Positions 40,701 through 51,612 of a stretch of DNA of 64,000 nucleotides are shown here, piece by piece. The notes under the pieces are model-generated. The model was not told the DNA's origin. It saw only the letters and a program-made list of their open reading frames with translations, and made no database searches. How positions within the stretch are numbered: the first letter of the stretch is position 1; each line of letters starts with the position of its first letter. A program made the position numbers and the translations under genes. The stretch comes from Eledone cirrhosa (taxonomy: Eukaryota): positions 372,001 to 436,000 of the forward strand of contig OZ024749.1 in NCBI GenBank assembly GCA_964016885.1. Reading direction: 5' to 3'.

Positions 40701-41600
40701 ATACACATATCTACACTAACATACACACATCTACACTAATATACACACATCTACACTAACATACACACATCTACACTAATATACACACATCTGCACTAAC
40801 ACACACACACACATATCTACACTAACACACACATCTACACTAACACACACATTTACACTAACATACACACACATACCTATACTAACATACACACACACCA
40901 ACACTAACATACACACATCTACACTAACATACACACATATCTACACTAACACACACACAGATGTACACTAACATACACACATCTACACTAACATACTCAC
41001 CCATCTACACTAACACATACACACATCTACACTAACACATATACACATCTACACTAACACATATATCTACACTAACATACACACACACGTACACTAACAA
41101 ACACACATCTACACTAACATTCAAACACACGTACACTAACATACACACATCTACACTAACATACACATACACCTACACTGACATACACACACATCTACAC
41201 TAACACACAGACCCTTCTACACTAACATACACACATCTACACTAACACACACACACATCTACACTAACATACACACACATCTACACTAACATACACACAC
41301 GTCTACACTAACATACACACACATCTACACTAACATACACACATCTACACTAACATACACACACGTGTACACTAACATACACACACATCTACACTAACAT
41401 ACACACACACCAACGCTAACATACACACATCTACACTAGCACACACACCCATCTACACTAACACATACACACACATCTATACTAACATACACACATCTAC
41501 ACTAACATACACACACACCAACACTAACATACACACATCTACACTAACATACACACACGTCTACACTTACATACACACACATCTACACTAACATACACAC
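31780..41600. repeat. ~9.8-kb compound minisatellite, unit catctacactaacata(ca)n, 18-26 bp
   Basis: Hundreds of tandem copies; + strand nearly devoid of G. Confidence 0.98.
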
Positions 41601-42775
41601 TACTACTTTGACGCTAGACTCTGCCAGTTGCAGACTGTAGTGTGAAGGAGAGAGAGTGTGAGGGAGAGTGAGGGTGTGAGAACATGTGTGTGGGAGAGTG
41701 AGAATGTGAGGGAGAGTGTGAGAGTGTGTGTGAGGGAGTGTGAGGATGAGTGAGAGAGTGTAAGAGAATTTTCCTGCGCTGTGTGAAACTGCAACAGCAA
41801 GATATTCTTGAAAAGTACAAAACAGTCTTTCTTAGACACTGCCAGTTGCAGACTGCACATCAACATGTCATATCTCTCTCCACAAAGTTTGATCACCAAC
41901 AGCAGAGTTTAAAGAGCAAAGATCAAGTCCAGTCCATAAGTTGACATTGTCAAGCCATTGTTTTGGCTGTTGGCCTCTGCTTCTTTTATCAGCCAACCTT
42001 CGTTCCGGCATAACCTACTCACACCACGAGTTGATCTTTTTATATGACCGTATAGTTTGAGTACTCTTGACTTGACAATTGATGTAATTGGTCTAAGTCT
42101 GGTAATATTGAGCAGCTCACTGATACAGATACGGTTGCTGAGGCACTTGCCAGTCATAAGTCTCATGATGTGGTTCTAGAATGTAGAGAGCTTCTGAAGT
42201 GGCCTTGTCATCCAATTAACACAGTTATATAAATTATAAATACATACATAAATACATACATTGTGTGTATGTAATCAACCTATGGACTGGACTTGATCTT
42301 TGCTCTTTAAACTCTGCTGTTGTTGATCGAACATTGTGGAGAAAAATATCTCATGTTGATGTGCAGTCTGCAACTGGCACAGTTTAGCATCAAACCACCT
42401 CTGGAACTTGAGTTACCTCCCTTTGCGTGACGTACAAAAATAAAAGGGCATTATATATTAGGAGATATTTTTTCAAGAGGTGTTAAAGCGAATTCGCATA
42501 AAATTTATAAGTATGTTTTAGAAATTCCATTCTCTGCCCCAAATGCAGACTATGGGTACATAAAAGATGTAGTGGGATCACAGGTGATCTATCTAAGAAT
42601 GTAGATTTTATATGTAGATGATGCTCGGGTCCAATAAGTAGCAAGGACCTACTGTATAGTAGCTACTTCAACTGCCCAGATGGTTCTATAGAAATAGTAG
42701 ACACCCTCCAGTACCTTGGTGATGAAATCAGTTGTGGAGGAGGGTGTTCTGAAAGTACAGAGTCAGAACGGGATG
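41601..42775. mobile_element. Cluster of degenerate RTE-type fragments in both orientations
   Basis: LKLYGHIKR on the minus strand at 41909-42166; RNSILCPKCRLWVHKRCSG on the plus strand at ~42520. Confidence 0.65.
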
Positions 42776-42860
42776 CAGTCGTTTGTTTCTTTCTTTACAG
42801 GTCTTTACAGTAAAAAGGTTTCAATACCATCTACATTATTTATGTTTTCTTTGTTTACAG

Positions 42861-42951
42861 GTCCTTACAATAGGAAGGTTTCAATAACATCTACAGAATT
42901 ACTCCCTAGGAAGCCTAGTACCTGTCAAAATCTCCAAAAACCTGATTTAGG
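42861..42951 (+). CDS. VPS9-domain protein, exon e: (G)PYNRKVSITSTELLPRKPSTCQNLQKPDL(G)
   Basis: Acceptor ttttctttgtttacag, donor gg|gtatgt; 91 nt, phase 1 to phase 2. Confidence 0.72.
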
Positions 42952-43080
42952 GTATGTAAATATTTCTACATACATACATATAAGGTCTACTGTTTAGTAG
43001 TTAGGGTTTGGGGCTCAATTCCTGGACCAGGAGGTGTAATGTGTTGCTTATGATTTTTGTTTTCTTTAATATCTTTGCAG

Positions 43081-43132
43081 TGATTTTCTGTCCAACCTCG
43101 AAGATGATGTTTTCTGTGAAACCTGTGGCTAA
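43081..43132 (+). CDS. VPS9-domain protein, last coding exon: (G)DFLSNLEDDVFCETCG*
   Basis: Acceptor ttttctttaatatctttgcag; phase 2 matches exon e; TAA at 43130-43132. Confidence 0.72.
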
Positions 43133-43264
43133 ATGAGAAGTTAACAGAAGTAGATTTTAGGTATAAATCACAACCACAGACATGATCACTGGCAATTATA
43201 TCAACTTCTATCAAAAACAAATGTAAAATATGGATGAATACAGCTCAAACTATACTTGAACCAT

Positions 43265-43690
43265 TTTCTAAACACCTTGTTTCCCTGGGCCTGGATACAT
43301 TTAAACTCTGATGTCTGGCATCTACCATACTCTGAACACCTTGCTTCCCTGGGCCTGGATACATTGAAGCTCCGACGTCTGGCAACTGACTTGGTAAACA
43401 CCCACAAAATTATTAACCATCCTGCCAACAACAACACTGAGCACCTTTTTGATTTCCATGTGTCTAACAGCTGTGGGCATGCCCACAAAGTCAGAAAACA
43501 GCACAGCTCCCATGACTTTCAGAAACATTTTTTCATGCTCAGAGTTGCTGAAACATGGAACAAACTACCTGCATCAGTTGTTAGCTGTCGAGACACTACA
43601 TCCTTTAAAACTTGCCAACACTATACCTGATATTCTCCCTCCATACACATGCACACATCTATATCATGACTCATACACTGTTCATTTCCC
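43265..43690 (+). mobile_element. CR1/L2-group LINE 3' end
   Basis: YSEHLASLGLDTLKLRRLATDL...HFFMLRVAETWNKLPASVV. Confidence 0.8.
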
Positions 43691-43727
43691 TTGCCTTTCA
43701 TCCATATGGGGTCGATAAAATAAAGTT

Positions 43728-43782
43728 ACTGCTACATATATTTCGGTGACAGACATCTTTGGCTGTGGCCTCTTCGGGCAGT
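43728..43782 (-). ncRNA. Type I hammerhead-like motif with core CCGAAGA
   Basis: Minus strand: actgc-CCGAAGA-gg..acag/ctgt..cc-GAAA-tatatg-TA-gcagt. Confidence 0.6.
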
Positions 43783-44429
43783 CCGAATTGGTGTGGTATA
43801 GACAAGTACATGTGTTGTTGAGGTGTATAATTTTGTCAATACTCTGATATGCCCTGTTCCTGGTTGGGTTGTTGTTTCACTGAGGAACTGGAATCATATG
43901 AATTCAAACAAACGAATTTCAGTATCAAAGGGCCTCTTCTCCTCTCATTGGTCAGTTGTTAGAACATTCCTCATTCAAAAGTCTATAGAAGTTCGTTCTG
44001 AGGCAAGCCAATCTGTAGTTATTGTTCTTGTTATTGTTAGGTACATCTGACCTCTCAATTCTTGTGTTGGTAGTGTTGTTATTGTTGGAGTTAGCTTAAA
44101 AAATTGATAAAGTGGTAGAAGGAACAAGGTGGTAAAGGAACAAAATAACAGAAAAATGTCAAACTTCCCATTGGTCAGTCAGAAGTCTATAGAAATTCTT
44201 TCTGGGGTGAGGCTCCCTGTAGTGTTTGTGTTTGCTATTGTTAAGTACATTTGACCTCTACCATTATTTTGGTAGTGTTGTTGGTGTTGTGGTCAGCTTA
44301 TGTCTTGCTACTGCTGACAATTTAGAAGTATCTGTGTATGTTTTTTCTTCATCCCTCCTGCCACCATCTCCCGTGGTGGTGGTGGTGGTTGTGGGGGGGT
44401 ACTTCCATTTCCATGTATATGAAGAAATA

Positions 44430-45040
44430 TATGGTATGGACACGTGATGCACATGAAAGTCGATAGCTGTATAACAAAGTGCAGGGCAATAAAGATAGAC
44501 GGTAGCCATGGAATAGGCAGACCTAGAAAAACCTGGGACGAGCTGATAAACTCCGACCTCACACACTTACACCTTTCCAAGACAATGTCACTGGACCGAG
44601 ACCTTTGGCGGTACTCAGTAATAGAGAAGACCCGCCTTACCTAAATACATAGTAAAACCTTCTACAGTCAGTAGGCATCTCTAACAAAATACACCCCCGT
44701 CCCACCACCCCCACCCCATCCACACCGCCCCCCTTCTATGTAAAGTTATGTTGGTGCCACACCATCCAGGCCGAAACAAATGAGATCGTGTAGGTGTCAC
44801 AACAAAAAAAACACAGTCCACGCTGTAATGTGGCCGTGTAGGCAACACGGTAAAAACCTCCCAGACCCACACTGTAAATGTGGTTGGTGTTAGGAAGGGC
44901 ATCCAACTGTAGAAAACCTGCCAGACAGTCCTATGCGAGCAAGACAATCACTCTTGCCTCAAGTGGGAAAACCCCCGTCCAAACCCATGCAAGCGTGGAA
45001 CACGGACGTTAAACGTTGATGATGATGATGATGATGATGA
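44430..45040 (+). mobile_element. RTE 3' end with (GAT)n tail
   Basis: WYGHVMHMK...GRPRKTWDELI; 3' UTR matches 1-175. Confidence 0.85.
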
Positions 45041-45485
45041 ATGTACTGGGTAATTGCTGGCATTGTGCCAAAAGTAGAAACAATTATTTTATGTACTATA
45101 CATGCACCTTTGATGAGTTGTAGTGCACCTGAGCACTGTACACAATAATTTCATTATATTATATAAAGTATATATAAAAAAGACCCATGAAGCCAGGACC
45201 TAGAATGGAAACCGAAAATGATATTTTATTGCTCCAAATCTGGAAGTAGTTGTTGTGACTATATCTTTCCAGCCACCAAACGATGAAGAAACGAACAAAA
45301 TAAGAAAGACAGAGAAATTCTATCTTTCAACTCTATATCTATATATTTAAATAGATACAGCTTTCTATGGACAACTACAGAAACAAGACGTCTTCCCTGT
45401 CCCACCCATCTGTCTTGTGTATTATCTATCTACCTTTCTATGTTATGTGTGTGGTGGGTGGCTCTACTTAGATCTGGGTGTGTGT

Positions 45486-47500
45486 CATCATCATCATCAT
45501 TGATTAACGTCTATCTTCCATGCTAGCATGGGTTAGACGAGTTTGTCCCAATTAGAGGCAAGTTGGGTTGGGAGACCATATCTCGCTCATATAGGAGAGT
45601 TTATGGCTGGTTTTCTATGGCTGGATACCCTTCCTAACACCAACCACATTATTGTTGTGATACCTACATGTCCATTTTACAGTGGGGACTGGGCACCTTT
45701 TTTGTGTCACCAACACAACATAGTGGAAACTAGGGAGGGTGGAGGGGCTTGAGGGGGTTAAAAGATGTGGACAGGGTAGTAGGGGAGACATGGTTATTGC
45801 TAAGGGAGGTGGATGAGAGGGGATAACAGGTTGCGGAAGGTGTTGCCTGCTAGGTATAAACATCATCCCCAGAACAATAGAGGGCAGGTCTTCCATAAAA
45901 CTGCATAGCGCCAGAGGTCACAGTCCCTGAGTCATTGCCTTAGTGAGGTGTAATTGTACAAGGTCAGCTTTTATTACCTCATCCCAAGTCTGTCCACACC
46001 AGGGTTTCCATCAACTTTGAGTGCTCTGCACCTTATTATACAGCTGTCATTCTTCATACACATCACATGTCCATACCAACACAATCTCCTCTCCTGCATG
46101 TAACAACTGACCCCTCTTATGTCTAATTTCTCACACAGTGTATTTATACTTTACCATTCACGTATATTGCTATTGCACACCCAGCGAAGCATGGAGGCTT
46201 CATTTCTTTCCAATCTTCGCAGGTCCACCACACAGTGCCCAGGTCTGCTGCTGTGCAACATTGTTGTTCGTATACATGCATCATACAGTTTGCTTTTATG
46301 TATGTGTTGTTCGTATACATGCATTATACAGTTTGCCTTTATGTATGTATGTGTGTGCGTAAGAGAGAAACCACGTGCGAATTAAAACTGAATTATTTGT
46401 GTTCGATCCCACAACTAGCTATTTCATCACCATCATCATCGTTTAATGTCCATCTTCCACGCTAGCATGGGTTAGACGAGATTTTCCCACTTGAGGCAAG
46501 ATTGATCAGGTGACTGTGTCTCGCACGTACAGAACTGTATCTGGCAGGTTTTCTATGGCTGAATGCGCTTCCTAACACCAACCAAGTGTCGACTGGGAGC
46601 CTTTTTACCGTGTTTCGTACACGACCATTTTGCAGTTTGAACTGGATGCTTTTTGTTGTGATACCTACATAATCCCTTTACAGTATGGACTGGGTGCTTT
46701 TTGTTGTGTCACTGACACAACCACTTTCCAGTGTGGACTGGGTGCTTTTTGTTATGACACCTTCATGACCACTTTATAGTGGACGGAAGTGAGAGGATGT
46801 AGTAGTGGTGTGGGGTGGGGTGTAAATTGGGTTAAGAGGGGCCTACTGACTGTAGGTTTAACTTCGAATGTAAGGGAAGGCAGGTCTTCTGTATTTCTGC
46901 GTAGCGCCAAAGGTCTCGATCCAGTGACATTGTCTTAGAGAGGTGTAACTGAGCAAGACCAGTTTTTTTATCACCTCGTGCCAAGTTTTTCTTGGTCTAC
47001 CCACTCTGTAGCTTCCATCAATTTTGATCGCTCTGCACATTTTAATACAGCTGTCGTCCTTCATACGCATCACATGGCCATACGAACACAACATTTGATA
47101 CCTCTTATGCTTAGTCTCTCTCTCAATTCATTTATGCTTTGCCATTCGAGTACATTACTATTACACATCCATCGGAGCATGCAAGCTTCATTTCTTTCTA
47201 ATCTACGAAAGTCTTTAGCACATAATGCCCAGGTCTCACTACCATGTAACATTGCCTGTTCGTATACAAGCATCATACAATCTACCTTTCAGTTTTAGAG
47301 AAAGACCCTTTGTGACCAACTGCGCTATTAGCTCTCAGAACCTTTTCCTTCCTGTTCGAACTCTGGCTACTACAATTTCAGAGCACCCTCCTCCACTGCT
47401 GATTTTGTCATCCGTCTCCTTCAGCAGGTTATCTTTCATGAATTCCCATTGTTGTTCTATATTGTACGTCTCAAATTGCTCTTCTTTACTGTCAAAAGTA
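45486..47500 (-). mobile_element. Two adjacent degenerate RTE 3' portions (45486-46330 and 46425-47500)
   Basis: (CAT)n tails, ccatgctagcatgg hairpin, and MLHGSETWAL...RRLERNEACMLRWMC. Confidence 0.8.
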
Positions 47501-47672
47501 TCAAGTCATAAAGATCAATAAATATTTTTTCATTGTGAGTATATATCTATCTTTCTTTCTGTCTCTCTCTATATATCAATACTGTATGTATATATATATT
47601 ATTATACTTTAGGAGGGTCATGCTGCCAATAAAAACAAACACACCTGTTGGTTTTCACTTCAATTTATTATA

Positions 47673-48850
47673 AACTAGCATTAAAGCCCGGCGTTGCTCG
47701 GGGTCATTAAGTTACCAAAGTTAGGTTGCACCACCCATTTTATGGCAGCACTTTTTTGTCTGCCAGGCACTGGGTGAATGAATTGCAGACCTGGAAGCAG
47801 GAGCTGCGCCAGCAGTGACAATTGTAGTTTCGCCTATGGATATTATCTCTGTGCAAAAAAGTGTTGAAATTTATTGTTTCAAAGTACTTGCGCAACACGC
47901 GCGTAGACGATGCCAGCCGAACAACAGAGCTGCGACGGAGTTGTTCTGCATGGTTGTCTGTGTGTTTTTTAAATTTAAGACAGTAGGGAGTGGTGTGATA
48001 TAGGTGAGAGTTAGCTGCTGTTTCTAGCAGGTTTAGTGACCTCATAGAAGATATGTTTTCTAAATTTAAGACAGTAGGGAGGGGTGTGATATGGGGGAGA
48101 GTTAGCTGCTGTTTCTAGCAGGTTTAGTAACCTCATAGAGGATATGTGTTTTCTAAATTTAAGACAGTAGGGAGTGGTGTGAATTGGGGGAGAGTTAGCT
48201 GCTGTTTCTAGCAGGTTTAGTGACCTCATAGAGGATATTATTGTTTATCATCATTATCTATAAAAGGCAGATTGTTGTTGTTGAAGTGAGTGTGTGTTTG
48301 TATGCGTTTGGAAAAGAGGTTTTAAAAAAGATTTATCACTTGTTGAATAAATGTATCTGTTGCTTTTGAATAATTGTCGTTTCGTATGAAATGTAATAAT
48401 TGTTTCTACTTTGTTGGCACAAGGCCAGCAAATACCCAGTACATTACTGGTACTTTATGTAATAATAAACGTTCTCTATCTCTCTCCCTCTCACTCTCTT
48501 CTCTCTCTCTCTTCGGCAATCACGCACGTTGTCAGATGATATGAGAGAGTAAAACGGACAGTATCACCACCAAGCTTGGAAAGAGAAAGTAGCAGAAAGT
48601 ATGAAGTTGTATAGATTTTGAATGGTAGTGGAAAGAGTTTAGCAGTTTAAATGACAGAGGAAAATCGTAAAATATTGAGTTTTATCTATTTTTTGCGTAA
48701 TTGTGGGTAAAATTGAAAAAATTATCTGCGTCAAGACGCAATCGATGCTATTTCGAATACTGAATTGTAAATTTCAATTGAAGAAATTCTATATTGTAGA
48801 TTTCTATAAGAAAGGAGCATGACCACACACTGAGCTTTATAGATTATGAT
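47673..48850 (+). mobile_element. Helentron-associated non-autonomous element (HINE-like) with three ~90-bp internal repeats
   Basis: Starts actagc...cccggcgttgctcggg and ends ctttatagattatgat before ttt; repeats at 47960-48235. Confidence 0.5.
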
Positions 48851-48959
48851 TTTCAGTTGATTGATTCGATAACCTCCTCAGTGACTAGGTTCTTAATTTG
48901 TGTCTTTGTCACAGAATGTGTGACAAAAGAGCTTTGACAATATATAAACAACGTTCGCG

Positions 48960-49015
48960 TTAATCGTCATTAACGGATTTGAAGTGTACTCATTCCAATC
49001 ACGGGGTCTCGACAA
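48960..49015 (-). rRNA. Short 18S rDNA-like fragment
   Basis: ggatttgaagtgtactcattccaatcacggggtctcga resembles antisense 18S ggatttaaagtgtactcattccaattacagggcctcga. Confidence 0.5.
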
Positions 49016-49199
49016 AGAGAGCAAGAGAGAAAAGACGAAACGGGACAAGCGAACAAGGCGACCGCTTTTTCGGGTGGTCGTAAAACTACCCGAACGGCAA
49101 TAAAGGAACACGCACGTTTGTCCCATCCCCTCTGTTAGCCGTGCCTGGGACGATGGAAAAAATATTTTTTTCGGCGACGGGCCCGGTCGGGGGAATCGC

Positions 49200-49602
49200 T
49201 GTTTCGGAAACCCACTTCTAAACCGCCATGGCGGTTTCTCAACAGGATGCCGCTCTGCGACCTGCATACACCGTGCACCATCCAGCCTGACGGGAATGGG
49301 TCACGACGACTGATCGAAGGGGAAGTGCGTCCGATGCCAAACTAAGGCGCGCCTTAAGAAGGTTGAGACGCTTTCGAAAAACAACTCGGGTCCGGCTTAG
49401 AGGCGTTCAGCCGTTATCGCTCAGAGGCAGCCTGGCACCACCGCACTATTGAGCGAGCGCGCAAACCGTTGCTCTGATCCCGCAGTTCCTCTCGTACTGG
49501 ACGGGATAGCCGTAGTCGAGTTGACGTTGCCGGCGGTGACGCCGACCGAAGCCGCCTTCGAGAAGGTGGCTGCCACCGCCTACACGCAATGCATCGGTAG
49601 GA

Positions 49603-49649
<47 letters not shown>

Positions 49650-50373
49650 GTTAGTGAGTGAACAATCCAACACTTTGCGAATTCTGCTTCGCAATGATAG
49701 GAAGAGCCGACATCAAAGGATCAAAAAGTGACGTCGCTGCGAACGCTTGACCGCCACAAGCCAGTTATCCCTGCGGTAACTTTTCTGACACCTCTCGGCG
49801 GATGCATAGCTCGCCACTATTCGGAAAGGATCGATGGGCCACGCTTTCGCGGTCCGTATTCGTACTGAAAATCGAGATTGAGCGAGCTTTTGCGCTTTTT
49901 CTCAACGTGTGGTTTCCGTCCACGCTGAGCTCACCTTGGGATACCTGCGTTACCCTTTGACAGACATACCGCACCAGTCAAACTCACCGACTGACACTGT
50001 TCTCGACTAAGGGTCGCGCCGCATGCTTCGCACCAGATAAATGAACCACCGCTCGGTGACGGCCCAATACCTTCTCAATCGAATGAGCAAAGAAACTACG
50101 GAAGTGGCAGTTTTTCATCGATGCAAACGCGCATGGTACTCGACGACGGTGAACGCCGCCGCAAAGCCAGTCGGTCGAAACCAGTCGACCCACAATCGAC
50201 GCCTCCGCAAACGAAAGACTCAAGAATGCTCCCGCCTACCGTGTGCCCTCACAAAACCGTGAAGCTCAACAAGATCTTCTTCCCCCGCCGATCTGTCCAA
50301 GCCCATTCCCTTGGCGGTGATTTCGCAAGACAGTAGATAGGGACAGTGTGAATCTCGTTGATCCGTTCATGCA

Positions 50374-50405
<32 letters not shown>
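49200..50405 (-). rRNA. 28S rRNA 3' portion (orphan, probably pseudogene), starting exactly at the R2 cleavage site
   Basis: Antisense LSU landmarks cttagaggcgttcag, ttcctctcgtact (sarcin-ricin loop), gtctcacgacggtctaaacccagctcacg, gaagagccgacatc, and cactaattagatgacgaggcatttggcta. Confidence 0.95.
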
Positions 50406-51478
50406 GGTGATGTCGACTCAGTTTAGCCAACCTTTATCTCAATAGCGTGGAGAGACACGAACTCCGTCACATAATGACAGCATCAACAGATGCGAAAAAC
50501 CCCCGACCCGCGTAGCGTCCATCTGTTGGACACCACTCGAATCTTTGGCCTCCGAGTTAAGGCATGTCAACGAACTCCGGCCCATAGGCCGCGACTTGAG
50601 TGACACCCGGAGACGACCCACTCCACCTGAATGACTGGCATGAGACTGCGATGTCCAGCGGGTTCGACACTGAAAGCAATCCACAGCATGCCAGTGTGAC
50701 GCTGCTGGGTCTAAAATAAAGAACGGGACCCCGCCTCGGAGGCATTCTGTCGCCTGGAACACTCTGGTCGACTCTCAACCCCGCCTGGCCTGGGGGGCCC
50801 TGCAGGGGAATTCGAGCCAGACACGTTCGCCACAGGGCACCAGCCATCGACGAAGCTTCGGCCGACCAGCTACCACAGGCACCGATCAGGTATCCGCCGA
50901 TCAACACCGTGGACGATGGGTATTACGCCCTAAACAAACCAACCAGAGGCGTATACTTTTCGACCTTCTCCTCCACAGCCTGGCCGAGGGCCGAGCCCTG
51001 CTCGAGATGTATCGTCACATCCAGCACTACAATCAGATCGGACCGACTCAGGACGAGGTCCGATATCAACCAAAGTCCCTCCACAGAAAAGACCAGTTCC
51101 ACTCCGACCGCCCAGCCTCCCCCGCGATCCACCCACACACTGCGTTATGTCTCTCTAGACTGGGGCGTTTGAGCGCCAGGCATGTACCGCTCAGGTGCGA
51201 GAGAGATTCGACCCTAGCACCGCACCTTCTACACATGCGGTTTCCCCGCGATAGGCACTCTCTTGTGGGAAACGTGTTCGAACGGATCTTCAGGCAGCCC
51301 AAAAAGGGGTTCTCGGATAAGTGACCCGAGTCCAACAGCCAAGCGTTACCCTTCGAGTTGCCCTGGTAGGCGCCCGCGCATACACCCTGTACTGGTTGGG
51401 CCTCCCATGCACAGGAGTGAAACGCTTGAATGCCTGGGTCAAAGGCCGTACTGGGTGGAAATTTCGGGCTGAGGTTCA
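50406..51478 (-). mobile_element. R2 retrotransposon 3' portion (CCHC, restriction-like endonuclease, 3' UTR), copy 1
   Basis: CRRCGARVESLSHLSGTC...RHNAV; ISDLV...LDVTI...KVEKY; 3' end abuts TAGCCAAATGCCTCGTCATC of 28S. Confidence 0.92.
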
Positions 51479-51480
51479 TC

Positions 51481-51612
51481 TAATTAAAACAGAGCATCAC
51501 ATAGTCGACCATGCCGCATAGACGCGATGTGATTTCTGCCCAGTGCTTTGAATGTCAAAGTAAAGAAATTCAACAAAGCGCGGGTATACAGCGGGTGTAA
51601 CTATGACTCTCT
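51481..51612 (+). rRNA. 28S rRNA fragment immediately upstream of the R2 site
   Basis: aattaaaacagagcatc...gcgatgtgatttctgcccagtgc...aatgtcaaagt...taactatgactctct. Confidence 0.92.

Noticed and set aside
31780-41600. Telomeric array
   Set aside because: The unit has TTAGTG on the minus strand, not tandem TTAGGG, and the array is intronic
49200-50405. Functional rRNA gene
   Set aside because: Partial, R2-interrupted, inverted relative to its upstream part, with substitutions and deletions in conserved motifs
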